From Candidatus Omnitrophica bacterium UBA6253 (GTDB lineage Bacteria; Omnitrophota; Gorgyraeia; Gygaellales; Profunditerraquicolaceae): a DNA stretch of 64,000 nt. The stretch is from NCBI GenBank assembly GCA_002441245.1, contig DJVP01000008.1, positions 106,540 through 170,539 of the forward strand, written 5' to 3'. Positions 28,827-38,461 of this stretch are shown one piece after another (within the stretch, counting starts at the first letter, position 1; every line of letters starts with the position of its first letter). The notes under the pieces were generated by a model. It searched no databases and was not told the origin of the DNA. It saw only the letters and a program-made list of their open reading frames with translations. The translations under genes and the position numbers were made by a program.

Positions 28827-29081
28827 ATGCTTCTTGGGATACTTTATTGGTTAATATTGATCCGCGCCCTGATGAGCTGGGTAAATCCGGATCCTTTTAA
28901 TCCGATAGTACAGTTTTTGGAAAAAACTACTGAACCCATACTGTACCCTATAAGAAAAATATTACCATTTAATTTTAAGTTAGGCATCGACATATCTCCG
29001 GTAATCGCATTCTTGGTAATTATGTTTCTGAAGTCTTTCTTGGTCAACACCTTATTGGATCTAGCTGTAAGATTAAAGTAA
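28827..29081 (+). CDS. yggT: YggT-family membrane protein
   Basis: The ILYWLILIRALMSWVNPDPFNP signature is typical of the YggT family. Confidence 0.7.
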   Translation: MLLGILYWLILIRALMSWVNPDPFNPIVQFLEKTTEPILYPIRKILPFNFKLGIDISPVIAFLVIMFLKSFLVNTLLDLAVRLK

Positions 29082-29321
29082 GCAATTTCCGCGTTATGGA
29101 CATAATTTGCAGCTATTTTCCTATCCCACCATAGACCTTTATAATCTTGCGTCCAGGAACGTTTTAATTCCCAGGCTATTTTACCCCGAATAGTGAACTT
29201 ATATTTGGAAAGATCAATAACGTTGATATCTGGGCATTTTTAAGAGTGCCGGTTACATAATAATTCTCCTTGATTTAGTTTTTTATCCACGATATACTTT
29301 TTATACTATTTAAAAATTAAC

Positions 29322-29395
29322 TGCCCTGTCGTCTAATGGTAGGACACAAGATTCTGGATCTTGTTGTCATGGTTCGAGTCCATGCGGGGCAACCA
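29322..29395 (+). tRNA. tRNA-Gln (anticodon CUG)
   Basis: Cloverleaf folded by hand: acceptor tgccctg/cggggca, D-arm gtct…ggac, anticodon stem caaga/tcttg with loop ttCTGga, T-arm catgg-ttcgagt-ccatg, discriminator A and encoded CCA. Confidence 0.85.
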
Positions 29396-29402
29396 TATAA
29401 AT

Positions 29403-29427
29403 CTCTCAAATTACAGATAGAGAGATA
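29403..29427. repeat. imperfect palindrome TCTCTC-N11-GAGAGATA immediately 3' of tRNA (candidate attL core)
   Basis: Seen directly. A similar AACTCTCT…AGAGAGATA site lies at 52583-52613. Confidence 0.35.
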
Positions 29428-29702
29428 ATGTAAACCCTGGTTAGCAACGCTAGCTAGGGTATTTTTTATGTCCCCACGTGCCAAAGAGTTAGGGCATTAT
29501 TTTTTCTACCGTTACATTGTAGTTAATTTTAAATTTTAATCCTGGCAAAGGTTCGCTAAAAATAGCCAATCAAATCTCCCCAGCCTATCTCTTTATCTCA
29601 GTATTGGCTATTAGTTTCTCAGATTTAGTGTCGCAGTTATATGGCAATATAATGGGAATTATTGGCTTAAAATTAGGTGAGAAACTGGAAATTAGGCGAT
29701 GA

Positions 29703-31346
29703 CTATTTTTTGCTTTCAATCAGGGTTTGCCACTGGGTCAGCTGTTTATGCCAGTCTACTTCTTTTAGGAGAGGTCGAATCTTAAACTCTGTGAGAGCAT
29801 TAATGACAGGGGTGTTGGAAGAGATGATTCCATTTTGAATCGCAGGACACAAGAAGAGTGTATTCATAACTTGATCCATGCGTGTTACGCTTAAATTAAG
29901 CCACTTACAGGCCTCGCGAGGGTGCTTAAATCTACCTTCATTAACGAACTGTTGGATTTGATGGGCTAAGATAAGCATTTTGCGTACTTGGGGTTCTTTT
30001 TCAATCTCCTCTTCTTTATGCCACTTATTTAAAGGCCGTACTTGTTTTAAATCAACTTCAAATTCAAGCCGTATGTCGCTGTCGTTAAGCATAAGCCCCA
30101 GTTTTTTACTGGTTGAGTCATAGTTAATCTCCTTGACTAACGCTTTAAGGATACGTCGTTTTTCTTCAGGATAAAGGGTATCCCAGATTGGAGATAGAAT
30201 AGCTTCCACTTCTTGTTTATTCGGATGGTCATTTTTCTTGTTGTTATCAATGAATACTTTCTTTAAGCAATCAACTGTAGCATCTTCAATTGCCTGGGCG
30301 TTAACAGATTTAGTTGGGCAAGAGTTATAGCCGCGTTTCTGAGCGTTTGAACAAACATAGTAGCGGTATTTGTGCGTTTTATGCTTTAAGGTATAGGTAT
30401 GGAACATAAAATGTCCGCAGATCTTACAGTGCAGTAAGTGGCTTAATAAGCCAGTACATTCGGTATTTTTGGTTGCTCTACGTTCTATGCGGTTATCTTT
30501 AAGTATTTCTTGGGTTTTTTTAAAGGTTTCTTCATCAATTATTGCCTCCTGTTGGCCGTCATAGATTTGGCCTGCGTAATACACCTTGCCGAGATAGAGG
30601 ACATTAGTAATCATGGAGCGAATATGGGTTATTCCAAACTTAATCCCGCCAAATGTTTTCCCGCCCTTAGAAGTAGCGCGTTTTGTCCTGAAGCCTTTCT
30701 CATTGATAATCTGTGCTACTTTAAGCAGGGAGTTGCCTTTAAGGTAAAGAGCGAAGATTTCACGAATTAACTTGGCATCTTCTTGGTTAACTACCAATTT
30801 TTTCGAGTCTTTCGTTATATCGTAGCCTAACGGCGGCCTGCCCCCCAGCCATTGCCCGCGTTTACGCGCGCTAGACATTTTATCTTTAGTTCTTTCAGAA
30901 ATTAATTCCCTTTCAAACTCGGCAAAGGAAGACAGAATATGCAACATTAGCTTGCCTGTAGAGGTGCTTGTATCAATTGGCTGGGTAATTGAGGCAAAGG
31001 CTACGTTATGTTCTTCAAATAATTTAAGGAGTTGGACAAAATCTGCAAGGCATCTGCTGAGTCGGTCTAATTTATAGGTAACCACCATGTTGACCTTGCC
31101 TGTCTTGATATCATTGATTAGTCTCTGCAGAGAAGGGCGGTTGGTGTTTGAGCCAGTGAATCCGTTATCATCGTATCTTTCGGGTAATGCTATCCAGTCT
31201 TCGTGTTTGTGGCTTGCGATAAAACTTAGGATAGCTTCGTGTTGGTTTTCAATTGATCCGAAGGTCTCATCCGCACGTTCTTCTACTGATTTGCGGCAGT
31301 AGGCTGCGCAGTAGACTCGTTTTTTACCTTCTTTTGTATCTATCAT
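29703..31346 (-). CDS. large serine recombinase (resolvase N-domain + recombinase + zinc-ribbon domains)
   Basis: N-terminal YCRKS…Q catalytic Ser motif with LDRLSR. A Cys cluster C..C…C..C lies in the C-terminal half. Length is 547 aa. Confidence 0.85.
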   Translation of the reverse strand: MIDTKEGKKRVYCAAYCRKSVEERADETFGSIENQHEAILSFIASHKHEDWIALPERYDDNGFTGSNTNRPSLQRLINDIKTGKVNMVVTYKLDRLSRCLADFVQLLKLFEEHNVAFASITQPIDTSTSTGKLMLHILSSFAEFERELISERTKDKMSSARKRGQWLGGRPPLGYDITKDSKKLVVNQEDAKLIREIFALYLKGNSLLKVAQIINEKGFRTKRATSKGGKTFGGIKFGITHIRSMITNVLYLGKVYYAGQIYDGQQEAIIDEETFKKTQEILKDNRIERRATKNTECTGLLSHLLHCKICGHFMFHTYTLKHKTHKYRYYVCSNAQKRGYNSCPTKSVNAQAIEDATVDCLKKVFIDNNKKNDHPNKQEVEAILSPIWDTLYPEEKRRILKALVKEINYDSTSKKLGLMLNDSDIRLEFEVDLKQVRPLNKWHKEEEIEKEPQVRKMLILAHQIQQFVNEGRFKHPREACKWLNLSVTRMDQVMNTLFLCPAIQNGIISSNTPVINALTEFKIRPLLKEVDWHKQLTQWQTLIESKK

Positions 31347-31355
31347 GATATTTTC

Positions 31356-31826
31356 CTACAAATTAAAGAATAAGTAGCCATTCCAGTGCGCTCCGGTTAC
31401 TTCTTTAGCAATAGCCGTGAGGGTCTTATATGTTTTGCTGTTATATTCAAATCCTGTATCCAACACTTTAACTTGAAGTGAAATACCCTTGTATTTCTTA
31501 GTAATAACTGTACCTGGAATTGGTAATCTATTATCCCGGCTAAGGCATTTCTTCTTAGGGCAATTTTCAGTGGCGGCATTAGGTCGAAAAGCTTTGTTAT
31601 TGATCGGATCATATTGTTGGATCAAATGTTGGATTTTACTTTGGGTTTCAGCGGAAATTCCGCCATATTCGAGCTCCTGTATCTTGTAAGCGATTTTACG
31701 CCAGAGAAATACCTTATTGTTAGATGGAGCATTCTTACCATCAAAAACCTCTTCATACCTCTTCTGTAGTTTGTTGAGCGGCAACTCTTTTAGCACCATT
31801 ATTTCGGTTAGGGTATTTTCACTCAT
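31356..31826 (-). CDS. DUF2924-like recombinase-associated protein
   Basis: LQKRYEEVFG…IAYKIQELEYGG pattern. It sits immediately upstream of the serine recombinase, as is common for DUF2924. Confidence 0.55.
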   Translation of the reverse strand: MSENTLTEIMVLKELPLNKLQKRYEEVFDGKNAPSNNKVFLWRKIAYKIQELEYGGISAETQSKIQHLIQQYDPINNKAFRPNAATENCPKKKCLSRDNRLPIPGTVITKKYKGISLQVKVLDTGFEYNSKTYKTLTAIAKEVTGAHWNGYLFFNL

Positions 31827-31977
31827 ATTTATCTCCTCCCATTAGGACATATATGTCCATACAATTAGAGATAAGTCAAGTCAATTAGGGAGGTATCTTT
31901 AGATTGTTTAAGATATCAAAAGGGGGTATAATTATTTTAACTTTACATTCGGTAAAAATTCATTAGAAGTATCCTTT

Positions 31978-32844
31978 GTGAGTAAATTACTTTTTAAAGA
32001 GCAAAGTATGAAAAAATCGCACGATAGAGACTATTTTTATAAATATGTTACTGCTGATGTAGCAAAGAACATTCTTAATACACTTAAGGTGAGGTGTAGC
32101 TCTCCAGTTCTTTTTAATGACCCTTTTGATAGTCAAATAGAAATTTGGCACAATGCAGAAAGTAAAGAAGATTTTATAAAAAAGAGCACTAAAATTATCT
32201 GTAATGTTTTGCAACCATTGCTAAAGAATAGAGATACTGAGCAGAATCATCAGTTCGTCTATAACGAAATACTAAAAGACAAAGATTTTGTAGATCAGCG
32301 CTATGTAGCTTTTGAAAAAATTTATAAAAGTGTAAATGAACTGATATGTAGTCTTTTAAAAGAAGATAGAATTTTCTGCGTTTCTGAGACAAATGATAAC
32401 CTATTGATGTGGGCTCATTACACCGATAATCACAAGGGGGCAGTAATAAAATTAAAATGTATTCCAGAAAAAGATACGGCTCTTTGCGTAGCAAAACCAG
32501 TACTATATTCAACAAATATGCCTTTATTAAAAGTCGAAGAGTTATTTAACAGTCCACAACAAATATCGCGAAAGATATTAGATGAAATTCTTTTTACCAA
32601 AAGTTTAGATTGGCAGCATGAAAATGAATGGCGAGTAATCCTTATGAAACAACAAGATGGCTGTGATTTTGATATGCGAGGAATATTTGAAGAAGAGCTT
32701 GATACTATTTACTTGGGATGCCGCATATCAGAATCTGATAAAAAAGACATCGCAGAGATTGTACGTACAAAGAGAAAGAATGTAAGAATTTTTTGTGCGC
32801 GAAAAAATGACCATGAATTCAAGCTTGATTTTGAAGAATTATGA
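31978..32844 (+). CDS. DUF2971-like protein
   Basis: N-terminal YKY.…L...LRCSSP.LFNDPFD motif. Confidence 0.5.
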   Translation: MSKLLFKEQSMKKSHDRDYFYKYVTADVAKNILNTLKVRCSSPVLFNDPFDSQIEIWHNAESKEDFIKKSTKIICNVLQPLLKNRDTEQNHQFVYNEILKDKDFVDQRYVAFEKIYKSVNELICSLLKEDRIFCVSETNDNLLMWAHYTDNHKGAVIKLKCIPEKDTALCVAKPVLYSTNMPLLKVEELFNSPQQISRKILDEILFTKSLDWQHENEWRVILMKQQDGCDFDMRGIFEEELDTIYLGCRISESDKKDIAEIVRTKRKNVRIFCARKNDHEFKLDFEEL

Positions 32845-33701
32845 TAGAACCAACAGAAGAATGGTTAATAGCAATAAATGAAAAGTTTCGCAAAGCAGAT
32901 ATTCCTCCAAAAGGAAGACCATTCCTTGCCCTTGAGGCCTTTTCTAAAGAATTTAAGTGTAGCATTATTATACCGTCTGAGACAATAAATACTATTTTTG
33001 AATGGTTTTACAAGAATACCAAAGAGGGATCGCATAGTATGGGGCCTTTATATCGTGGCGTTTATTACTTTGATTCATGTTTTTGGCCTGTCTATATTTT
33101 AGATCAATTCGGACAATGTAAAATTAATGCTTTTGATTCTTTGCAAACCATGCCTATAAACTTTAAAGAGCAAATTAAAGCTGATAAGAAGCAATCGTGG
33201 GATTTCTTTTTATTATGGGTTAATTGTTTAGATTATGCTTGGGGATATGAAGATATTATCGTGAAAAAGAAATTTCAAGGCCTATCTTTAAACTTTATTA
33301 AAAGCGCAGATAAAGAATTACGAGCCGCCGCCTCTTTATTATTGCAAGAAACCCCCGAAGTTAAAGCAATTGAGAGTGCAAGGATGGCGGTAGAGATGTT
33401 TCTCAAGGCAGTGCTGATTATAGCGAATAACTGGGGCGAAGATGAGATAAAAAAGAAAATAGGTCACAATCTTGTTAGGGCCGCGCAAGAAGCGTTTAAT
33501 AGCACGCAGAGTCAGGAAATTAAAGCGATAGAAAAATATCTCTCGATTTACCCTGAGATTCACGAAAGATACTCCGGAAAGGATTGGAAAGCCAGAGACC
33601 TCTGGAAAGGATATTGTATTGTTCAAGCTGTTGCTGCGACTTTTACACGATTATATTCTGAGAGAGATGCAAGGCAGCAGGTTTTTCGAAAAGGAGATTA
33701 G
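32841..33701 (+). CDS. hypothetical protein (island cargo)
   Basis: ORF translationally coupled to the previous gene; no family recognised. Confidence 0.5.
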   Translation: MIEPTEEWLIAINEKFRKADIPPKGRPFLALEAFSKEFKCSIIIPSETINTIFEWFYKNTKEGSHSMGPLYRGVYYFDSCFWPVYILDQFGQCKINAFDSLQTMPINFKEQIKADKKQSWDFFLLWVNCLDYAWGYEDIIVKKKFQGLSLNFIKSADKELRAAASLLLQETPEVKAIESARMAVEMFLKAVLIIANNWGEDEIKKKIGHNLVRAAQEAFNSTQSQEIKAIEKYLSIYPEIHERYSGKDWKARDLWKGYCIVQAVAATFTRLYSERDARQQVFRKGD

Positions 33702-33747
33702 GTATATAAATCTAGGTTAAATAATATGTTAAAAGGGAGGTAGAAAG

Positions 33748-34074
33748 ATGTCAGGATTTAAAATGGAAGGTTTTGACGAATTTAATAAGAAGTTAAATAA
33801 TCTACAGCAAAATATTGAAAACCTCAAAGGTGAACAGGAGGTTTCATTCAATGAACTTTTTACGCAGGATTTTATGAAAAAGAATAGCCGCTTCAAATCT
33901 CTTGAGGACATGTTTAAACAAAGTGGTTTTGTTATTAATTCTCAAGAAGATTTTAAGAAAATACCAGATGAGGAATGGGGTAATTTTATCACTAGCAATA
34001 CAAAATTTAAGAATTGGGAAGAGATGTATGGTGCTGCTATAAATGAATGGTTAAAAATTAAGTTAGGTTTGTAA
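33748..34074 (+). CDS. hypothetical small acidic protein
   Basis: RBS GGGAGG present; 108 aa. Confidence 0.45.
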   Translation: MSGFKMEGFDEFNKKLNNLQQNIENLKGEQEVSFNELFTQDFMKKNSRFKSLEDMFKQSGFVINSQEDFKKIPDEEWGNFITSNTKFKNWEEMYGAAINEWLKIKLGL

Positions 34075-34215
34075 AATAGGTGATTTGTGGATGCAATACA
34101 AAACCCCAAATTTGTCGAAAGAATATAAAGAATTCTAAAAATGTATAAGAAAATATAAAAAAGCATAAAATTGTATAATCCTCGTCGATAAGCAAAAAAA
34201 TATTTATTTTGCCCC

Positions 34216-34244
34216 TTGAAATCTCAAGAAAAACTGTGTATACT
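34216..34244 (+). promoter_or_regulatory. near-consensus promoter TTGAAA-17-TATACT
   Basis: Seen directly, about 250 nt upstream of the ParB/methylase gene. Confidence 0.5.
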
Positions 34245-34249
34245 TTTAC

Positions 34250-34407
34250 TGTAATTTGATCTTTCTCTCGTATAGACTTAAGACTAAAACCACAACGGAA
34301 AGACTCTTGAATAACTAGACCGTTGGGTGTAGCTTGAGGAATTGATTTTCTCGGAGGCGGCTACTGATAGCTTTGTGACGGACACGGCTATCGGGGCCGC
34401 TTTTTTT
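34250..34407 (+). ncRNA. candidate small RNA / leader transcript (promoter to intrinsic terminator, ~150 nt)
   Basis: Bounded by the promoter at 34216-34244 and a strong terminator at 34357-34407. The terminator hairpin is GCGGC-tact-GATAGC…GCTATC-gggg-GCCGC, followed by TTTTTTT. No ORF lies between. Confidence 0.4.
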
Positions 34408-34500
34408 GTTTTTCGGAGGTAAAACCACAGAAAGGAGGTTCGATATTAGCATTGATTTTAAGAAAAAGCAAACTTAACCTATTAAAACAAGGAGATTAAC

Positions 34501-35766
34501 ATGAAAAGAATAAAGATGGTGATTGAAGAACTTAAATATGCACCCTACAACCCGCGCACTATGAGAAAAGCAGTCTTTGAAAGACTCAAAGAAAACATCA
34601 GGTCTTTTAAAGTCTACTCACCGCTTATCGTCAATACGCAGACTAATCATGTTGTTGGTGGTAACCAGCGCTTGCGGGCACTACGTGAGCTCGGCTATAA
34701 GGAGGTAGACGTAGTTTTGGTTGATCTTCCGCTCGATAAGGAGATGTCTCTCAATTTAGCTTTAAACAAGCTGGTTGGAGAATTTGACAATCCAGCTCTG
34801 CCGGTGATCTTTCAAGAGCTTATGAAAGACCAGGAGCTACTTAGTTTAAGCGGCTTTGAGCTCCCTGAGGTTTTTAGCCTCATAGACATGCACACCATGC
34901 ATCCTGATGAGGACTTTGATCTTGAGAAAGAGATTTCAGAGATTGAAAAACCCATAACCGCTCCAGGCGATCTGGTAGAGCTTGGGCCCCACAAAATAAT
35001 CTGCTCAGACACAGCCAAGAAGGATACCTTGGACAGGCTACTTGGTGATGAAAAAATTGCGCTTCTGCATATGGATCTACCATATGGTTGCGTTTATAAT
35101 TCTTGCAACCGGCCAAAGTCTCCTCAGAAGAGGAAACAAAAAGCTATGTGGAAGCCCATCGAAAATGATGATTTGGTAGGTGAAGAGTATTTAAAATGGT
35201 TCAGGGAAGTGGTTATAACGGCCAAGCCGTTTCTTATTGATGGCGCTCCGGGTTATTTCTGGGGTGGATTCCGTAACTTTGGCATGATGACGCAGGTTTT
35301 GGAGGAAGAAGGATTTTACGTTGCCAATGTGATAACAGGGGTTAAGCCTAGAGCCTGTCCGGGATTCGGGGATTATAACTTTGCCTCGGAATTCTTGTTG
35401 TATGCATGGCTTAAGGGCAACGGCCAGCATCGCTGGTTTGGTCCCAAAAATGAGACCAATGTCTGGGAATTTAACCGCGATGAAGCTTCTGGACGCCTGC
35501 ACCCTACGGCAAAACCTGTATCTCTTGCCCGCCGCATCCTGGCTAACAGCAGTCAAAAAAATAACATCGTATTTGATGGTTGTACTGGTGCCGGATTTAA
35601 CCTTATCGCCTGCCAACAAATGGGAAGAATATTCCGGGGATGCGAGATTGAACCTTTGTATCTGGATATCTGCATTAAAAGGTACATCCGCGCTTTCGGC
35701 ATGAATTCGGTTTCACCGGAAGTGAGGCAAAAGTATTTTGGAGGAGGCAACCATGGCAAAAAATAA
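34501..35766 (+). CDS. ParB-like nuclease N-domain fused to N6/N4 DNA methyltransferase
   Basis: N-terminal ParB-N-like segment. LHMDLPYG (DPPY-like motif IV) and the C-terminal HPTAKP motif are characteristic of N4/N6 methylases. Confidence 0.7.
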   Translation: MKRIKMVIEELKYAPYNPRTMRKAVFERLKENIRSFKVYSPLIVNTQTNHVVGGNQRLRALRELGYKEVDVVLVDLPLDKEMSLNLALNKLVGEFDNPALPVIFQELMKDQELLSLSGFELPEVFSLIDMHTMHPDEDFDLEKEISEIEKPITAPGDLVELGPHKIICSDTAKKDTLDRLLGDEKIALLHMDLPYGCVYNSCNRPKSPQKRKQKAMWKPIENDDLVGEEYLKWFREVVITAKPFLIDGAPGYFWGGFRNFGMMTQVLEEEGFYVANVITGVKPRACPGFGDYNFASEFLLYAWLKGNGQHRWFGPKNETNVWEFNRDEASGRLHPTAKPVSLARRILANSSQKNNIVFDGCTGAGFNLIACQQMGRIFRGCEIEPLYLDICIKRYIRAFGMNSVSPEVRQKYFGGGNHGKK

Positions 35767-36394
35767 AAATCCCTCTGAAAAACCCACAGCCTTCTACATC
35801 CAGGGCATTCAGAGTGGCACAGTTAGGGTTTCGAGCCTTCCTGTCGAAACAATTGAGGAAATTGTTGCTGTTCTGTACGCTGAAGGGTCTTCTGTGTCTC
35901 AGATAGCCCAACTCTTAAATAAATCAGATCGCACTGTGTACAGATATCTTGAAGAAATCCGCAGGAAGAACGCTCTTACGCCAAGCTTAAAACAGGCCCA
36001 GGAGTTTATGGGCGAACTGGTTCAAAAGGCAAGGTCAAGCCATTCATATCTTATGCGGCTTGCCCGTTCAAAGGACGGTTCAATTTCCGAGAAAACCCAG
36101 GCTGAATTTGCCGCCTGGAGAATAATCAAGGAGCTAACCGAGAAACTTCAGAGTCTCGGACTCTTGCCGCTAAAAGAGCAGGCTCTCACAGGGGATTTCT
36201 TTCACCACTTTTCTACCTCGGATGGACAGGCGATGTGTGATGAGATAAAGAATAGCATCAAGGATATTGAAGTCATTGCCAGCCAAACCGGCGGAATCGC
36301 ACCAGATGATCAGGAGAAGATAAAGAAAATCCAGTCAGAAATTGAAAATTTTGAGAAGGGAGTAACCCAGGAACAGGAGGATAAAAATGAATAA
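35738..36394 (+). CDS. terminase small-subunit-like DNA-binding protein (HTH)
   Basis: HTH VSQIAQLLNKSDRTVYRYLEE. It lies immediately upstream of terL and overlaps it. Confidence 0.5.
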   Translation: MEEATMAKNKNPSEKPTAFYIQGIQSGTVRVSSLPVETIEEIVAVLYAEGSSVSQIAQLLNKSDRTVYRYLEEIRRKNALTPSLKQAQEFMGELVQKARSSHSYLMRLARSKDGSISEKTQAEFAAWRIIKELTEKLQSLGLLPLKEQALTGDFFHHFSTSDGQAMCDEIKNSIKDIEVIASQTGGIAPDDQEKIKKIQSEIENFEKGVTQEQEDKNE

Positions 36395-38054
36395 TACCCA
36401 ACTATATCAAATAAAAAACGAGGCAATAAAGTTACGGCGCTATTTTGGAAAGAACTTTGAGTCTTTTAGAAAATATTATTTTCCACTTTACCATTCTATT
36501 CCCGATGCGCCATTCCACCGGGATATAGGAGCGTTATTAGCGGAAGCATCCAGGAAGCGCGGGTTTCGTATTGCCTTAGCTGCTCCGCGTAACAGTGCTA
36601 AAAGCACCATTGTGTCCCTTGAGTTTGTAGCTTATTGTATTTGCTACCACTTGGAAGAGTTTGTAGTGATTATTTCCAACACTAAGGAACAGGCTGAGAG
36701 TTTCCTAACCAATATCAAGTTTGAGCTTGAGACTAACCCTCGCCTTAAGGAGGATTTTCCTGATGTTTGCGAAATAGGCGAAAAACCAAAGCCGCCACGC
36801 TGGAGACAGGATGACATTATCACCAAAAATGGCATCGAAGTTCTTGCGCTTGGCTATAACCAGCAGATCAGGAGCCGTAAGTACAAACAATCACGGCCGA
36901 GCCTGATCATTCTTGATGACCTTGAGGCGGGTAATGCTATTCAGTCTGCCGAAAACTTCGAAAGACTTTACGATTATCTTACCCGGTCAGTATTGAAATC
37001 CGGCACAAACGCAACCAATGTAGTCTTTCTTGGGACAATCCACAATTACGGTTCACTCTTGGCGCAATTTACAAGTTCCGACGCACATCCCGGCTGGGAA
37101 AAGCGCATCTATCGTTCGATCATATCGTGGTCTGTGCATCCTGAGCTGTGGGAGAAATGGGAAAGGATATATAGTTGCCAAGATGCCTTTGAAGGGAACG
37201 AAGGGCCTGAAGCGGCGCTAAAGTTCTTTGAGCAAAACAAAGCCCCAATGCTTGAGGGGACTCAAGTTCTTTGGGAAACAAAGTACAGTTATTATGAGCT
37301 TATGGTTATGCGTTTAGAGGAAGGAACAGCAAGTTTTGACAGTGAAATGCAGAATGAGCCAGTAAATCCCAGGGATCGGATATTTGATGTTGATAGTTAC
37401 GGTTATTTAGAGGATAAACATTCTAGTACAGAAAATCTACTGGTAAATTTAGGCGAAAAGAAGAGGATATATGGCGGTTGCGACCCTAGTCTTGGAAAAG
37501 AGAGCAAAAGGAGCGATTATGCTGCTATTGTAACCGTAGTAAAAGACACTGAAAAAGGAACTCTTTATGTTGTTGACGCGGACGTGGCGAAGCGTAAACC
37601 CGATAACATAATTGAGACGATTATGTCGTACCATAAGATACGCGGTTACATGAAGTTCGGGGTTGAGACGAACCAGTATCAGGAGTTTCTTGCTACTGAG
37701 TTGAAAAGGCGTAGTGAGTTAGCGCAGATTTATGTGCCAGTTGTGGGTATTACGAATACCACGGATAAGCTGGGGCGCTTTCAATCGCTTCAGCCTCTCT
37801 TTGCCAGTGGGGTAATCCAACTTAGCAGGAGACTCCATATTCTGCTTGAACAAATGAAGCATTGTCCGAAAGGCGCGCACGATGATGCCTTGGATGCTTT
37901 GTATCTAGCTGTAAAATTGGCTCTGGAGGACAATCACTTTCAGTTTTGGTTTGCCGGTGATGGCAATAAACCACCTTATAATCCCGATATATATCCGGAT
38001 GCAACCGGAAGAACACCTTATGGCTGGTATTCTTGGCACAGGCGATCTTACTAG
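36387..38054 (+). CDS. terL: phage terminase large subunit
   Basis: ATPase Walker-A-like AAPRNSAKST and Walker B IILDDLE. C-terminal RNaseH-like nuclease region (GCDPS…DYAAIV…VDAD). Confidence 0.8.
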   Translation: MNNTQLYQIKNEAIKLRRYFGKNFESFRKYYFPLYHSIPDAPFHRDIGALLAEASRKRGFRIALAAPRNSAKSTIVSLEFVAYCICYHLEEFVVIISNTKEQAESFLTNIKFELETNPRLKEDFPDVCEIGEKPKPPRWRQDDIITKNGIEVLALGYNQQIRSRKYKQSRPSLIILDDLEAGNAIQSAENFERLYDYLTRSVLKSGTNATNVVFLGTIHNYGSLLAQFTSSDAHPGWEKRIYRSIISWSVHPELWEKWERIYSCQDAFEGNEGPEAALKFFEQNKAPMLEGTQVLWETKYSYYELMVMRLEEGTASFDSEMQNEPVNPRDRIFDVDSYGYLEDKHSSTENLLVNLGEKKRIYGGCDPSLGKESKRSDYAAIVTVVKDTEKGTLYVVDADVAKRKPDNIIETIMSYHKIRGYMKFGVETNQYQEFLATELKRRSELAQIYVPVVGITNTTDKLGRFQSLQPLFASGVIQLSRRLHILLEQMKHCPKGAHDDALDALYLAVKLALEDNHFQFWFAGDGNKPPYNPDIYPDATGRTPYGWYSWHRRSY

Positions 38055-38066
38055 GTCAACTCAGTG

Positions 38067-38109
38067 TTAGAATAAGCGCCACGATTGTTAACCGTGGCGC
38101 TTATTCTAA
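38067..38109. terminator. bidirectional terminator: 17-bp perfect stem ttagaataagcgccacg / cgtggcgcttattctaa, loop attgttaac
   Basis: Seen directly, between convergent terL (+) and the XRE regulator (-). Confidence 0.65.
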
Positions 38110-38119
38110 ATAGGTAATT

Positions 38120-38335
38120 TTATTTGAAATTCAACAACTTTGGTAGGGAGGTATTGAACGCTTTGGCTAATTTTTGTAAGGTGTTTAAGGTGGGCGAAGA
38201 AGGCCTCTTGCTCTCAAGACGCTGAATATATTTGTATTCTAACTCAGCCAAATAAGCAAGTTCCTCCTGGGTTATCTTCTTTTTTCTGCGTAGTTCTTTT
38301 AAGCGTTTCCCAAATGCGATATTGATATTTTCCAT
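38120..38335 (-). CDS. XRE-family helix-turn-helix transcriptional regulator
   Basis: ITQEELAYLAELEYKYIQRLE HTH; 71 aa. Divergent from the defence-like operon. Confidence 0.8.
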   Translation of the reverse strand: MENINIAFGKRLKELRRKKKITQEELAYLAELEYKYIQRLESKRPSSPTLNTLQKLAKAFNTSLPKLLNFK

Positions 38336-38365
38336 TGCTATAATCTTCTCACAATATTCTATATC

Positions 38366-38394
38366 TTGACACCTACGATAGTGGGTGTTATAAC
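38366..38394 (+). promoter_or_regulatory. promoter TTGACA-17-TATAAC with embedded inverted repeat ACACC-N10-GGTGT (candidate XRE operator)
   Basis: Seen directly in the divergent intergenic region. Confidence 0.5.
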
Positions 38395-38461
38395 TATTTT
38401 TAGACTTGCTATTTGCTATGATTTATGGCAATGATTACCATGAGAGGAACTTTTACCGGAG

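Noticed and set aside
28844-29050. 68-aa minus-strand ORF opposite yggT, extendable upstream to 29235 without a start codon
   Set aside because: It fully overlaps the conserved YggT-family gene on the plus strand. The extension lacks a start and RBS, so it is probably not coding.
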